Origin: Azolla caroliniana
Lineage: Eukaryota; Plantae; Polypodiophyta
NCBI GenBank assembly: GCA_043228905.1
Contig: JBHGNT010000007.1
Span: 13,888,001-13,952,000, forward strand
Length of the DNA: 64,000 bases
Direction of reading: 5' to 3'
The position numbers and the translations under genes were made by a program. Each line of letters opens with the position of its first letter. Positions within the stretch are counted from its first letter, which is position 1. Of the stretch, positions 26,000 to 37,708 are shown in pieces. The notes below the pieces were generated by a model that searched no databases, had not been told where the DNA came from, and saw nothing but the letters and a program-made list of their open reading frames with translations.

Positions 26000-28310
26000 T
26001 TGATATTATATTAGACATTAATCAATGGTACCTAAGGTTCAAGGTACTAATGACAAGTGGTCATGTCATCCTGTGCTCAAATACGTGTTATCTTGGGCAT
26101 CATTAACCATGAGAGGATAGTTTGTGTCGAATACAGTCATCTAATGGACGTATTCACATTCACCTCTTGTACAAACTAGTATAGACTATTTTTGTAAATA
26201 GCATAACGGGCAGTTGCCTTAGCGTGGTTAGTATATAACCAACTTTGTAACTAATGTCATTTGTTGGTTCTTTTGTTAATACAACGTTTGTATTTTGTGC
26301 CTCTCTATCTCTGTCTCTATCTTTCTCCTTCTTGTTGCAAGTTGTCTCGGTCTTCTCTTCATTGTTCATTGTCCATATCTTTATACTATTGTCTATTAGC
26401 ATACATTGTTGTGTTGCATGAAGACCCCATTTCCAACAGTTGGTATCAGAGCTAGAGGTTCATCCACTATTGCTTGTCATTCGTTTTTGAACTATCAACA
26501 CTTTCAGTTCGACTGCTAAAGACTACAAATCTATTGGATTTTTTCTGAACGGATTCTTGAAGTTTCAATCTTATTGAAACATCTTATTCGGAAATTGCAA
26601 AATTTAATTTTGTGAAAGAGGGAAGCACACTTCTTTGTCAAGTTTGTGCTGACTTCGGCTAGATCATATTTCAGGTAGACCAGATGGTTGTATCTTCACC
26701 TTGGTTGTAGCCCCTTTGAGCAGAACCTTGAACCAATCAACTCTTGTTGAAATGGTTTCCACATCTTGCTCATCAGAGATAAGTCTTTGGAAGTTCGACG
26801 ACACGAACTTCAACTTCTGGAAAGAGAAAATGTAGGATTACCTTATCATGAGGGGGAAGATCGATCGAATGGAAAAGGAGAATGCTCTAGAAGAATACAA
26901 GTTGAACGAATGGATGAAGTTGGATCAGGTAGCTCGTGATAGCATTCAGATGCATTTGTCTGAACCCATCTATTACAACGTCCAATCATGTTTGATAGCT
27001 TATGAGCTATGGAAAATGTTGTCGGACACGTATGAGAAAAAGGTAGCCGCCACAAAGATCTATTTGATTCAGAGCCTTTATAATCTTCGGATGAAAGAGT
27101 CTGATTTGGTCACAACTCACCTAAATGCGTATGAAAGTATAATTTCCCAACTTTCGGCCCAAAAAATGACAATACGCGTAGGCTACGACTATGAAATGCT
27201 ATGAGATTATGAGCTTTATCCTATCTGAAGACGCTCGAAGAAAAACCTTTGTACATGATTTGGCCAATGATGCTTTCGTAATACAAAGTTTGGTTGACCG
27301 ACCAAACAATCGGGGAAGGAGTTCTTCCTGAGTGCCGAACAACACAAAGAGCTGAAGCAAGTCTAGGGATACACAGACATGCAATTACTGCAAGAAACCT
27401 GGACACATTAAGGCCTAATATTGTGCCCTTTGATAGAAATGGATCTTAGATCTATGAGAAAAACAGAAAAACAACAAATCAACAAGGTATGCACAGTAGA
27501 CAGGTTTTACATGGAAACCTAAACAGGGGAAAACCACAGGCAACCGAGGATCACTATAATAGAGATATACAAGGAAGAACAGATTACAAACACTCTCTGT
27601 ATAGAGTGTATCGGCTACACATTGCTCTTGGCGTCTAGTATCACTCAACTATAGCACCGCTCACGCTCTTGCGTCTCTCTTCCTACTCTCTGCTACACTT
27701 AGTACAACAATGCTATACAACAGTTCGTTACATGTTCTCTTTTCTAGTTTGCCCTAGCTCTTTCTATTTATAGACAGGGATATGTTATTGTGATTATTAT
27801 ATGATAATGATAATAATAGTCATTAATCAGCCGACTGATCCACTTGACTATCCAACCCACATACAAATCGGCACTCCAATCGGCCTGACTAGTCGACTCT
27901 CATGCCGACTATTCAGTCGGCTTGACTTGTTGGATCTGTCTTCACTTCATTGTCCTAAGCTATACAATCGGCGCATTGATTGATCGGGCCGAACACCTGA
28001 TCTCCTCTGTTGACTTCTCCCATTAGGAGGGACAAAATCCTAACACCCTCAAGGCTAAAAAATGAGAAGGCTTAGAAAGCTAAGCAAAAGGGCCGCCGAT
28101 TGGAGGAAGTTAACTTCGTTGGTGCAGCTTCCGTTGTCAGCCCTACAGCCGAAATCGTAACGAAGGATCTGAACATCCTTGTAGTCGAAAACATGGTCGA
28201 GTTAGAAGGTCTATACATGTCTGAAGAAGTTACAAGTTGGCTTCTCGATTTGGGTGCCTCCTACCATGTGGCTCCACATCGGTCACAGTTTCGGCAGTAT
28301 ACGACTCGGA
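26000..28310 (+). mobile_element. degraded Ty1/copia element (5' LTR, PBS, gag, protease); left boundary approximate
   Basis: ...CCAACA end at 26438, PBS TGGTATCAGAGC at 26441-26452, gag KFDDTNFNFWKEKM, CNYCKKPGH, protease WLLDLGASYH. Confidence 0.82.
27431..28045 (-). repeat. solo LTR (copia-type, related to the LTR at 37382)
   Basis: TG...CA, TSD CCCTT/CCCTC. Shares GTGGTTTT(T)CCC...TTTAGG...TTCCA.GTAAA with 37829-37861. Confidence 0.75.
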
Positions 28311-31300
28311 AAATGTTTTTATTCGCGGTATCGGTGAAACCTTCCAATATCATTAAGGAGGAGTCAACAATTCAACTTCCAAAGAAGTATCACCATTCTG
28401 TCGATGTTTTTGATATGGTAAAAGCTAATACTCTTCCTCAACATCGATCATAGGATTGCCCCATTGATTTACAACCAGGAAAAGGGCCATCGCGGGGACC
28501 GATCTACAACTTGTCACTCACCGAGCTTGAGGTTCTTCAAGCCTACATAGAGGAAAACATGGCGAATAGGTTCATTCGACATTTGAAATCTCCAGCTGGT
28601 GCACCTATTTTCTTTGTAAAGAAAAAGGATGGATCACTTCATCTAGTTGTGGATTACTGTGGCTTAAGTAAGGTCACCATAAAAAATAGGTGTGCACTTC
28701 CCCTGATCTCAAGTCTCTTAGAAAGGATGAAATGTGCAAAGTTTTTCACAAAAATCGACTGACAAGGAGCATATAACCTCGTACGGATCCAACCATGAGA
28801 CAAGTGGAAGACAACTTTCCGCACCCGATATGCGCATTCTGAGTATACGGTTATGCCATTCAGGTTCACCAATGCACCAACAGTCTTCCAACACATGGCA
28901 AATGACATTTTTTTAGATCTTTTGGACACCTATCTGATCATCTACCTAGATGATCTACTAATTTATTCAAAAAAAGAAGAAGAGCATGATTCTCATGTAT
29001 TATTAGTACTAAAATGACTACGAGAACATGGTCTTTATGCAAAACTCGAAAAGTGTAGTTTTGATTATAAATAGGTGGGATTTCTAGGTTGTCATCTCCT
29101 CTGAAGGAATCTCTATGGATCCAGGTAAGGTCCAAACGATGTTAAAGTGGCAGACTCCACGATCGGTGTGAGACGTGCAACGTTTTCTAGGATTCGCAAA
29201 TTTCTATCGCAAGTTTATACAAGACTACTCAAAACTTATTTTTCCTCTCACACAACTCACAAAGAAGGGGAAACTATTTGTTTGGACTAATGAAGCAGAT
29301 ATTGCTTTTGTGGATCTCGGCTCCTATTCTAGCTCATGTTAATCCGGAAAAACCATTTATTATTGAGGCAGACATGTCATATTTCGTACTTGGTAGTATT
29401 TTGTCACGGCAAGGCGACGATGAGAAGCTACATCCCGTGGCTTTCCACTCACACAAATTTGACACTGCCGAAATAAACTATGAGGTACATGACAATGAAT
29501 TATTAGTGACAGTGGATTCCTTTGCACAATGGAGGCATTTTCTAGAAGGATCTCCTCATAAAATCACTGTATTCAGTTATCACAAGAACCTCGCCTATTT
29601 CCAGAATGCGCATATATTAAACATACGACGAACTCGGTGGGTCCAATTTCTCACTCATTTCGACTTCAAGATTACATTTCATCCGGGCAAGTAACAAGGG
29701 AAGGTAGATGCATTATCACAACGTTCATATCTAGCACCTCGTCCGGGTGATCTGGTCTTTGATAATCAAATGCAGGTAATCCTGGGTCCTGCACTGCTTC
29801 AAACAACTTCGGTTGTTGATACTCCATTGGATTCCAACATTATAGATACAATATGTCAAGATCTAAAGATAGATGTCTTTGCTAAAAATATCTTAGATTA
29901 GATTAATCCCACTCAAACATCTTGTTCGTGGACACAACAATCAGGTACGGATTATCGACAATTCAAATGGCATGATGGATTACTCTTCTTTAAAAATCTT
30001 GTGTATGTTCCCAATGGTTCATCTCGCCTCCGAGTCGTACAGAATTGTCATGATACATATATAGCTGGACATTTTGGTAGTACTAAAACCTTGGATTTAG
30101 TAACCCCATCATTCTGGTGGACCCATATGCGAAGATATGTCAAATACTATATTCGGATATGTGATACATGTTGTAGAGCAAAGATGCCCCGACATCATCC
30201 ATATTGGAGCCATTATCGATTCCAAGCAAGCCGTGGCAATCTATTTCTTTGGATTTTATCACAAATCTTCCGAATTCTAAGGGCTTCAACACTATCTTAA
30301 CAATGGTTGATTGATATACTAAGATGACACATTTCTTGCCCTACACTAAAGAGATCACTAGTGAAGACACCGCAAGTATTGTTATGTGTGAAGTTTTTCG
30401 ACACCATCGTCTTCTCGACACCATCATTAGTGATCGCCGACCGCAATTCATATCTAAATTTTGGAAGCATCTCTTCACAAGGCTCAAGGTCACCTGCAAC
30501 CTCTCTTCCAGTTACCATCCCCAAACGGATGGACAAGTAGAACATACAAATCAAACGCTAGAGCAGTATCTTCAATGTTTCATAAGCTATCAACAAGAAG
30601 ATTGGGTAGATATATTACACTTTGCCAAATTTGCATATAATAATTCTATCCACTCCTCTACTAGGGTGACATCATTCTATGCGTATACTATTACCGGCTT
30701 TGGTAAACACGATGTCTAACCCTCAGTCCTTCGGGGTTCGGCTCAAGAAGATTATGGTTTAGAGAATGGACAATACGTCCCGGACGTCTTACGGATGACT
30801 ATGGGTGTGGTGCGTACTATGGGCGTAAGCGTGGGGACTGTCGAGGTTGGGGAGATGATGACAACCGACTCGTTACGCTATTCTATACGATGTGTATACA
30901 GAAATAACTCAACATATATTAATTACGCATAACACGTGATGCAGAGAACACTAGGAGTTGGGCGAAATAGAAACTATATTCAGAGTTGTATATAATAATT
31001 CTACACTCATTTTTACAAGTTTCCCATGCCCTTTATATATCGGGTCATGGTTGGTTAGGCCTTGCGCGTGAGCTATTACATGTGTTCATAATGCTTTATT
31101 CTTTCCTACGGCTGCCACTTTTCCCTCATGCATATGCTATGGCCCTTAACTGTCCTTGCGTTTATCCTTTCCTTCGCTTTTTCCTGCTTGGTCGACCAAG
31201 GCGGCCAACACATGGCACGCTTATGGGACAGTGCTAGCACAGTCGAACCCACCCCAACCCTTTACTGGTCGTAAAAAATTTCCAAGACGTTCGGCTTTGG

Positions 31301-34300
31301 ATGATCGGTCTCGGTACGCGCGACGGGGGTTTTCAGAGGTTGTGTTGTAGGTGCGGCATCGATAGGCCTGGTTGCTTCTGTGGGTACGGGATCCTGGAGT
31401 CTGCCTGGTTTGGTTGGTGCATGATCGGGGAGGTCGTTGAGTCCCATCTACTCCAGTGCCGCCTCTTGCGATTGCGCCGGTTGCGGTCCTTCGTCCTTGG
31501 GGACGCTTGTCAACGCCTGTTTTGTGTGCACGTCTTCGGCCGGGCCCATAGTCTCTTGTATCGGCTCCTCATGTGGGACATCTAGCATTGCCCCTTCAGC
31601 CATGACTTCCTTGGCGTGGATGGGATCCCTTGGCGCAGACCCTAGTGAGTGCGGCGTCGTCGTGACCTCCGGGACTTCGTCTTCTGGTTGCAGAGGTTTG
31701 TCGATTTGTGCTCTCTGGAACCGCTATCCGGAAGTACGATGGCATCTGCCCATTTTTCTTCTTCCGCTTTTTTCTACTTTGCGCCGATTGATTGGAGTTG
31801 GAGAGATGTCTATCTGGCTATCTCCAAACTCCTCGAGTAGTTGCGCGATCTCCTTGGAGTGGCAGTCGGCCAAGTTTTGATAATCTTGCATAAGTTCCTC
31901 GCATACCATAGCAATGCTTTCCTCGTTTAGCTTGTAGAAGCCCTTTCTACATTTTTACCAATTCTCCCGATCGGCCCGGTACGTGTGGAGTTCTGTGGAC
32001 TGCTTCGTCCGTTTGGCCCATTCTCTGTTTAGCGCCACTTGAAGTTGTCCCCCGCTTTGTTTGGAGGATGACCTTAATGCGCTCAATACTCATTTGCTTG
32101 CTTGCAAGTAAGTTCTCAAGAGCCGTCTTGAGGTTCGAAATTTTTTGTGCATTGACAATTATGGTTTTCTTCGTAACATTTGTGCTTTTACGACTTTCCA
32201 GTTGGCTTTGTTCTTCTCCACCATATCCTTTGTGCTGATAGAGACCGAGGCGAGTTCCCTGTGTACTTCAACCAATGCTATGTTCAAGGGGGGCAGCTCG
32301 ATGCCAACTCTTTGGACGCCAATGTTCCTTTTCTGGCTGACTTTGGCCAAAGGGCCTTCATCATCGCTTTCGGTTGTCTACGTTAGCATGTGCTCTATCA
32401 TATGGCGTTCGGCGTGTTCCTCCGCCATGCGCTATGACACCTTTATCTGTTTTGTGGCCAGGAACTCCATATGTTCGAAGGTGGTGCCAAATTGTAACAA
32501 GGCCGCGAACTCGTGGGACGTGTCCGGAATGTCTGGGTAGGACAACACTTCTTTCTTGGATCTGAACACACCCTTGCCCCGCTCCGAGTTTCCGGTCAAG
32601 ATCGGCCGCGACTGAGGAATCAACTCTAATGTTGTTACAGCCTTAGTTGTGGCTGGGGGCTTGGGTAGTGGAGCCGTGTCTTTGACTAATCTGTGACCAT
32701 CTTTCTGATCCAACCTTCGACACTTGGCCTTAGGACTGCTTGAAGCTTGCGCGATTGTTTCTTGTGGGGAACCGGAAGCAGACCGTTGTTCATATTGCGA
32801 AGCAATGATTTTCGTTGTCTGAGTGTTTTCTTCTTCCTCCCGTTCGATCGTGGCGAGGTCTTCGAGTCGGCACTTCTGCGGACGTGGTGATGGTGCAGGG
32901 AGGGTCGGGTCTGACGCGGGAACAACCTGTGGAGGAAACAATATCGTAAATTACTTTTGGATGACGGGGCAAAGCTTCTTACCTGCCTGGAACGCATGGA
33001 GTCCTTTGCGCACGAACGACCTTGTAATCACACCCCAATCCACGACGTGCCCTTCGAAAGTTTGGATGATGATGCCGGTCTTATGCTTCGACATCCCATA
33101 TGCGTTAGGGTGAACTCACCCTACCTCTAACAAGAATCTCGTGGAAAAAGGGATCAGGAGTGTCCCTTATCTTGTAAGCCTTGGCGGAGACGGAATACTC
33201 ACCGAAATAATGCTCGTGAACCTCTAAGGGAGGGATCTCGAAATGGCCTTCGCCAGTCGTTGTCAAGCCTAGCTTCTTCCTGATACTGGCGTTGGTGATT
33301 GTATCCACGTTGATTTTTGTGACCATGTCCCGTGAGTTGGGGTGGGGCAGCAAATGAAACAGTGGCCTGGTTGTTGGCAAATGAAATAGTGCATGCTATA
33401 CTCACGTTTTTCGATAGGAGGTGGAGGCACATGCTCGGCTGGTGTCACCTATCGTTGTGGTCCTGCTAGTTTCGCTGTTGTTGATTGCCGCCATACGACC
33501 GTGAGTCGGCCTGTCCACCGCGATTGTTTGTGGGGCACCGATTGTCATAACATCGTCCTCCACGATCATTATATCGGTCGTTCCGCTAATACTCTTTTGT
33601 CTCTTGATCATCATTATCCGAATATTGATCATTGCCCCGGTTATAACGAATGGGCCGACCTAAACGACGATTACGCTCCTCGTTGCGATCACGCTCGGCC
33701 AGTCGGAAGTGATCTGATTGTTGGTAGTTCCGCTGGGGCTCGATACGTCGAACTGGCACCACAAATCGATTCAACATATTATATTCACATTGGTAAACAG
33801 TGTGCACCCGAGAGTGACAAATAGGGTAGTGGGCACACATGTTGCAGTCGACCACTGAGTGACCTGGGTTAAGACAGATTGTGCACTGAATGGCCTGGCA
33901 GAAGCGATACTCTTCGTCTCGTGGTAATGCCTATTGTAAGGATGTCATGGACATACCTTCGTCTTCATCCTCTAGTTACTTCTGTAGAGCCCGTTCAATG
34001 ACTGCGTTTATGTCTAGCCCGTAAAATTCTGCATTCCCAACGTTGTTCGCAAAGGCCGACGCAAAGCGTCTAGGGAAGTTTGCTTAGCCTCATCCTCTGT
34101 AGGAACCCGTGTTAGCTGGTGTCGTATGTTTTGGAACCAAAGGCTAAAATCGGCGACTGATTCTTGTTGGAGTTGTCGGATGGAATAAAACTGGCCGATG
34201 ATTTCGTGCGGCGGAATGCTCCTGTGAAAGAAGTGCAGCAACGTCGTGTGAAGCTGATCGAAGGTTGTAGAGGTTGCAATATTGAGCTGGGAGTGCCCTC

Positions 34301-35945
34301 GGGCGGCTCACCCGTCGAGAGTGAGTCTGAACTCTGCGATTTTAGAAGCATTAGCTTTGGCTTCCGGGAGCCGTTGTGACACGTGGTTTGCGCTCCAGAC
34401 ATTTAGGAACGATTGGGCGTGGGCTTCCGCATCGGTTTCTCCGTTGTAACAAGGATACAAGAAAGCCATCGGTGTGCTCGTAGATCATCCGGGGTTGTTG
34501 TAAGGGGACTCAAACTGGTGTGATGAGGTTTGAGTTGTAGTGGTGCGTTCACTGTTGGGGTGAAATGGGGAGAGGACCTCCTGCCCAGTCCCACTCTACT
34601 CAGTGAGTGCATATTCAAATGTGCTTTCAGAGAGGTCTGGGAAATATTTGTCGAGGCGCGATCTTTCCGCCACACATTCTGCCGCTTTTCAGGATTCAGC
34701 CCGAGTCTGTGGTTTACCTCGGCAGTTTGTTTCTTTGTTGCCTTTACGGCTAGACGACATCCATCCTCTGATGTTCGGTTGTGTAATTGTCACAGATCAC
34801 CATGCGTGCTAAAAGTGTTACTGACTTTGGTAAACACGGTGCCTAACCCTCAGCCCTTCGGGGTTCGGCTCAAGAAGATTATGGTTTAGAGAATGGAGAG
34901 TACGTCCGGGCCATCATACGGATGACTATGGGTGTAGTGCGTAGTGCGGGCGTAAGTGTGGGGACTATGGAGGTTGGGGGAGACGGCTACAACTGACTCG
35001 TTACGTTATTCTACACGATGCATATACAGAAATAACTCAACACAGATTAATTACGCATAGCACGTGACACAAAGAACATTGGGAGTCGAACAAAACAAAA
35101 ACTATATTCAGAGCTGTATATAATAATTCTACGCTTGTTTTACAAGTTTCCCATGCCCTTTATATACTAGGTCATGGTCGGTTACTCTTGGCGCGTGAAC
35201 CATTACATGCGTTCGTAATGCTCTATTCTTTCCTACGGCTGCCACTATTCCCTCATGATTACACTATGGCCCGTAACCATCCCTGTGTCTTTCCTTTCCT
35301 TTGCTTTTTCCCGCTTGGCCGACCAAGGCGGCCAACATATACAGGTTATCATCCTCGTATTTGAAACTCTCAAATTACCCACAAATCCTTGTGCACAAGA
35401 TCATTTGAAGCGACTACGCAAGATTCAATTAGAACTATCTAACCATCTACATCAAGCCCAACAAACATGGAAGAACTATGCAGATCGTCATCGCCTTCCA
35501 TCCTGTTTCGATATTGGAGATCGATTATGGCTATTACGATGGCACATAAAGACAACCCGACCATGTGCCAAATTGGATTATCAAAGGCTAGGCCCTTTTA
35601 TTATTAATGAAAAAATTAAGGATGTCACCTTTCGCCTTGATCTACCTTCGCAATTACAGATACATCTGGTATTTCATAGTTCTCTCCTAGAACCATGTTA
35701 GAAAAGCTTTATTCCAAATCTTACTACACCGCCTCCACCTTCGCCTCTGATCGAACTTGAAGACGGACCTGAGTACGAAGTTGCTGCCATCCTCAATTCC
35801 AAGATAGAATAAAGGATATAGTCAGGCGATTGTACTTAGGATATATCAATGTGGCAAACGCTTGAGCATTTCTTGAGGACTTCCATCGGTAGTATTTAGA
35901 TAAATCAGGTCCTCATGGAAAGACGACTTGTAAAACTCATCATTC
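28311..35945 (+). pseudogene. pol: Tcn1-like chromovirus pol (RT, RNase H, INT, chromodomain), degraded; split by element D
   Basis: GPIYNLS..ELEVL, SPAGAPIFFVKKKDGSL, YLDD, LHPVAFHS.KF..AEINY, YHPQTDGQ.E, AY|TGYHPR across the insertion, EYEVAAILNSK. PPT GAAGGGGGGGA at 35946-35956. Confidence 0.88.
30689..35337 (-). mobile_element. pol-less gypsy derivative D (gag plus extra ORF)
   Basis: LTRs 30689-31210 and 34816-35337, perfect TSD TATAC. gag remnants ~33400-34700 and extra ORF ~31213-33360 are homologous to element B. No RT or INT. Confidence 0.9.
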
Positions 35946-35959
35946 GAAGGGGGGGATAG

Positions 35960-35986
35960 TGTCATGATATGGGCCCAAATGGAATT
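35960..35986 (+). repeat. start of the Tcn1-like 3' LTR (interrupted)
   Basis: TGTCATGA 3 nt after the PPT, broken at GAATT by element A'. Confidence 0.7.
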
Positions 35987-36111
35987 TGTTGCCCATAGCA
36001 GAGTATGAACCAGAGTTCCAGATATTAGATAATTAAGAATATTATATTAAGTAATGATGGATCCAGATGGATGTATTGATCTGGAGCCGCACCGTTTTGT
36101 ATCCTGACTAG

Positions 36112-36156
36112 TGTCATGAACACATGACCATTATGGCATCACCCGTGTTCATGACA
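36112..36156. mobile_element. 45-bp TG...CA insertion with 12-bp TIR and 5-bp TSD
   Basis: TGTCATGAACAC...GTGTTCATGACA, TSD ACTAG/ACTGG, absent from the sister LTR at ~57133. Confidence 0.75.
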
Positions 36157-37670
36157 ACTGGAGTATGTATGCACCGTTTTGGATCCTTGCCAGTTACCTA
36201 TATAAGCAGTTCGGATTATATGTATTAGAGAGTGAGTAATATAAATCTTTGTTGTCTATCTTGTGTACTTGCTGTCTTTTAAGTTATAATCTTACGCGTG
36301 TTAATTCATTACCGGATACTGTATATGTGTATCGGATATGTGACTGGATCATTTATAATTGTTTATGTATCAATCCATGTTTCTAGCCACACCTTTACAA
36401 AGTATTCCGGAAAGGGAATACCTTGTGTTTGTGACTACAACTAGTCCAGGATAAACACAATTTTGGCAACCACGATGGGATTAGAAGTGGTAATGTCGAT
36501 AGAATTCCAGGTGCCAAGCCTCCTTGTGCAGGTCAGGGAACGGTTAGATGAAATGGCGTCGGAGCAGCTACTAGCACTCAAAGAGGAATGATTACGGAGT
36601 ATTTGGTACTTGGAGCGCGACCAGAACCGCTAGAAAGCATTTGTGGATAGACACCGGAAGGGAAATGAGCAACAATTTGACATCGGAAAACCGGTATTGA
36701 TATTTCAGACGCGGATGGGACTGATGTCGGGAAAGCTCCAATTCAAATGGACGAGACTGTATTGGATAATCAAGGAATTCAATGGATCATATCAATTGGG
36801 TACCTTAGTTGGGGACGTGTTCAACAAATGGGTAAACAGATTTCAGTTGAAGCTGTATAAGGGACCAATGCCAACAAATCTGTTTAAAGACCAGGATAAT
36901 CAGGACTTCGGGGACCGAAGAGCGGCAAGCACTGGAGGACGAGTGGATGATCCGACTGAAGGACTGATTGGGGTCGGAGGAATCGACAACACCCGGAGTT
37001 GGCGAGTAGATCACGTCGTATAACCAACGTACGTAGTTTAAAAAAAAACAAAAAGAAAATGAAATGAATAGTATTGATCTTTTGTGAGACAAATGATAGG
37101 GGGGGAAAAAACAAATGATTCTTATTTATGAGCGCGAAAACACAATGATGGAAAAGGCAGTTACGCATGGGACATAAGTAGGGTATTAAAGGAACACCAT
37201 GTGTCATGATAATGCCATAATTAGCCACGACATGCATGAACGATGACATGCCCGACAACCAAGACAAGGCAGTGACGTGTGGATAGACGACACAAAGAGA
37301 TGGGAATAGAAGATCACTGAAAAAGTGAAGGCATCTCATTTAGAGATAGAAAAATTTGGAGAGCACACCAGAGCACAGGTATGTTGGGAATTCGGTCCCT
37401 CCGGATGGGATCCAGATGAGAACCGGATGAGCCGGATGAAGGAACTGGATCCGGAAGGGTTCCGGATGAGACCCGGAAACTGGATCGAGTGAATCCGAAT
37501 GGATCCGGTTTGCACCGAATCCAAGGAAATACTTGTAAATATGTTAGGATAACCCACTGAGGCTATATTTGTAAATATCCCAAAAGTCATATAAGTATAA
37601 ATATGACTTAGGGCAATCACATTATGTGTGACGTATTGTGTGGTCATTTTATCATCATTGTACACACAGA

Positions 37671-37708
<38 letters not shown>

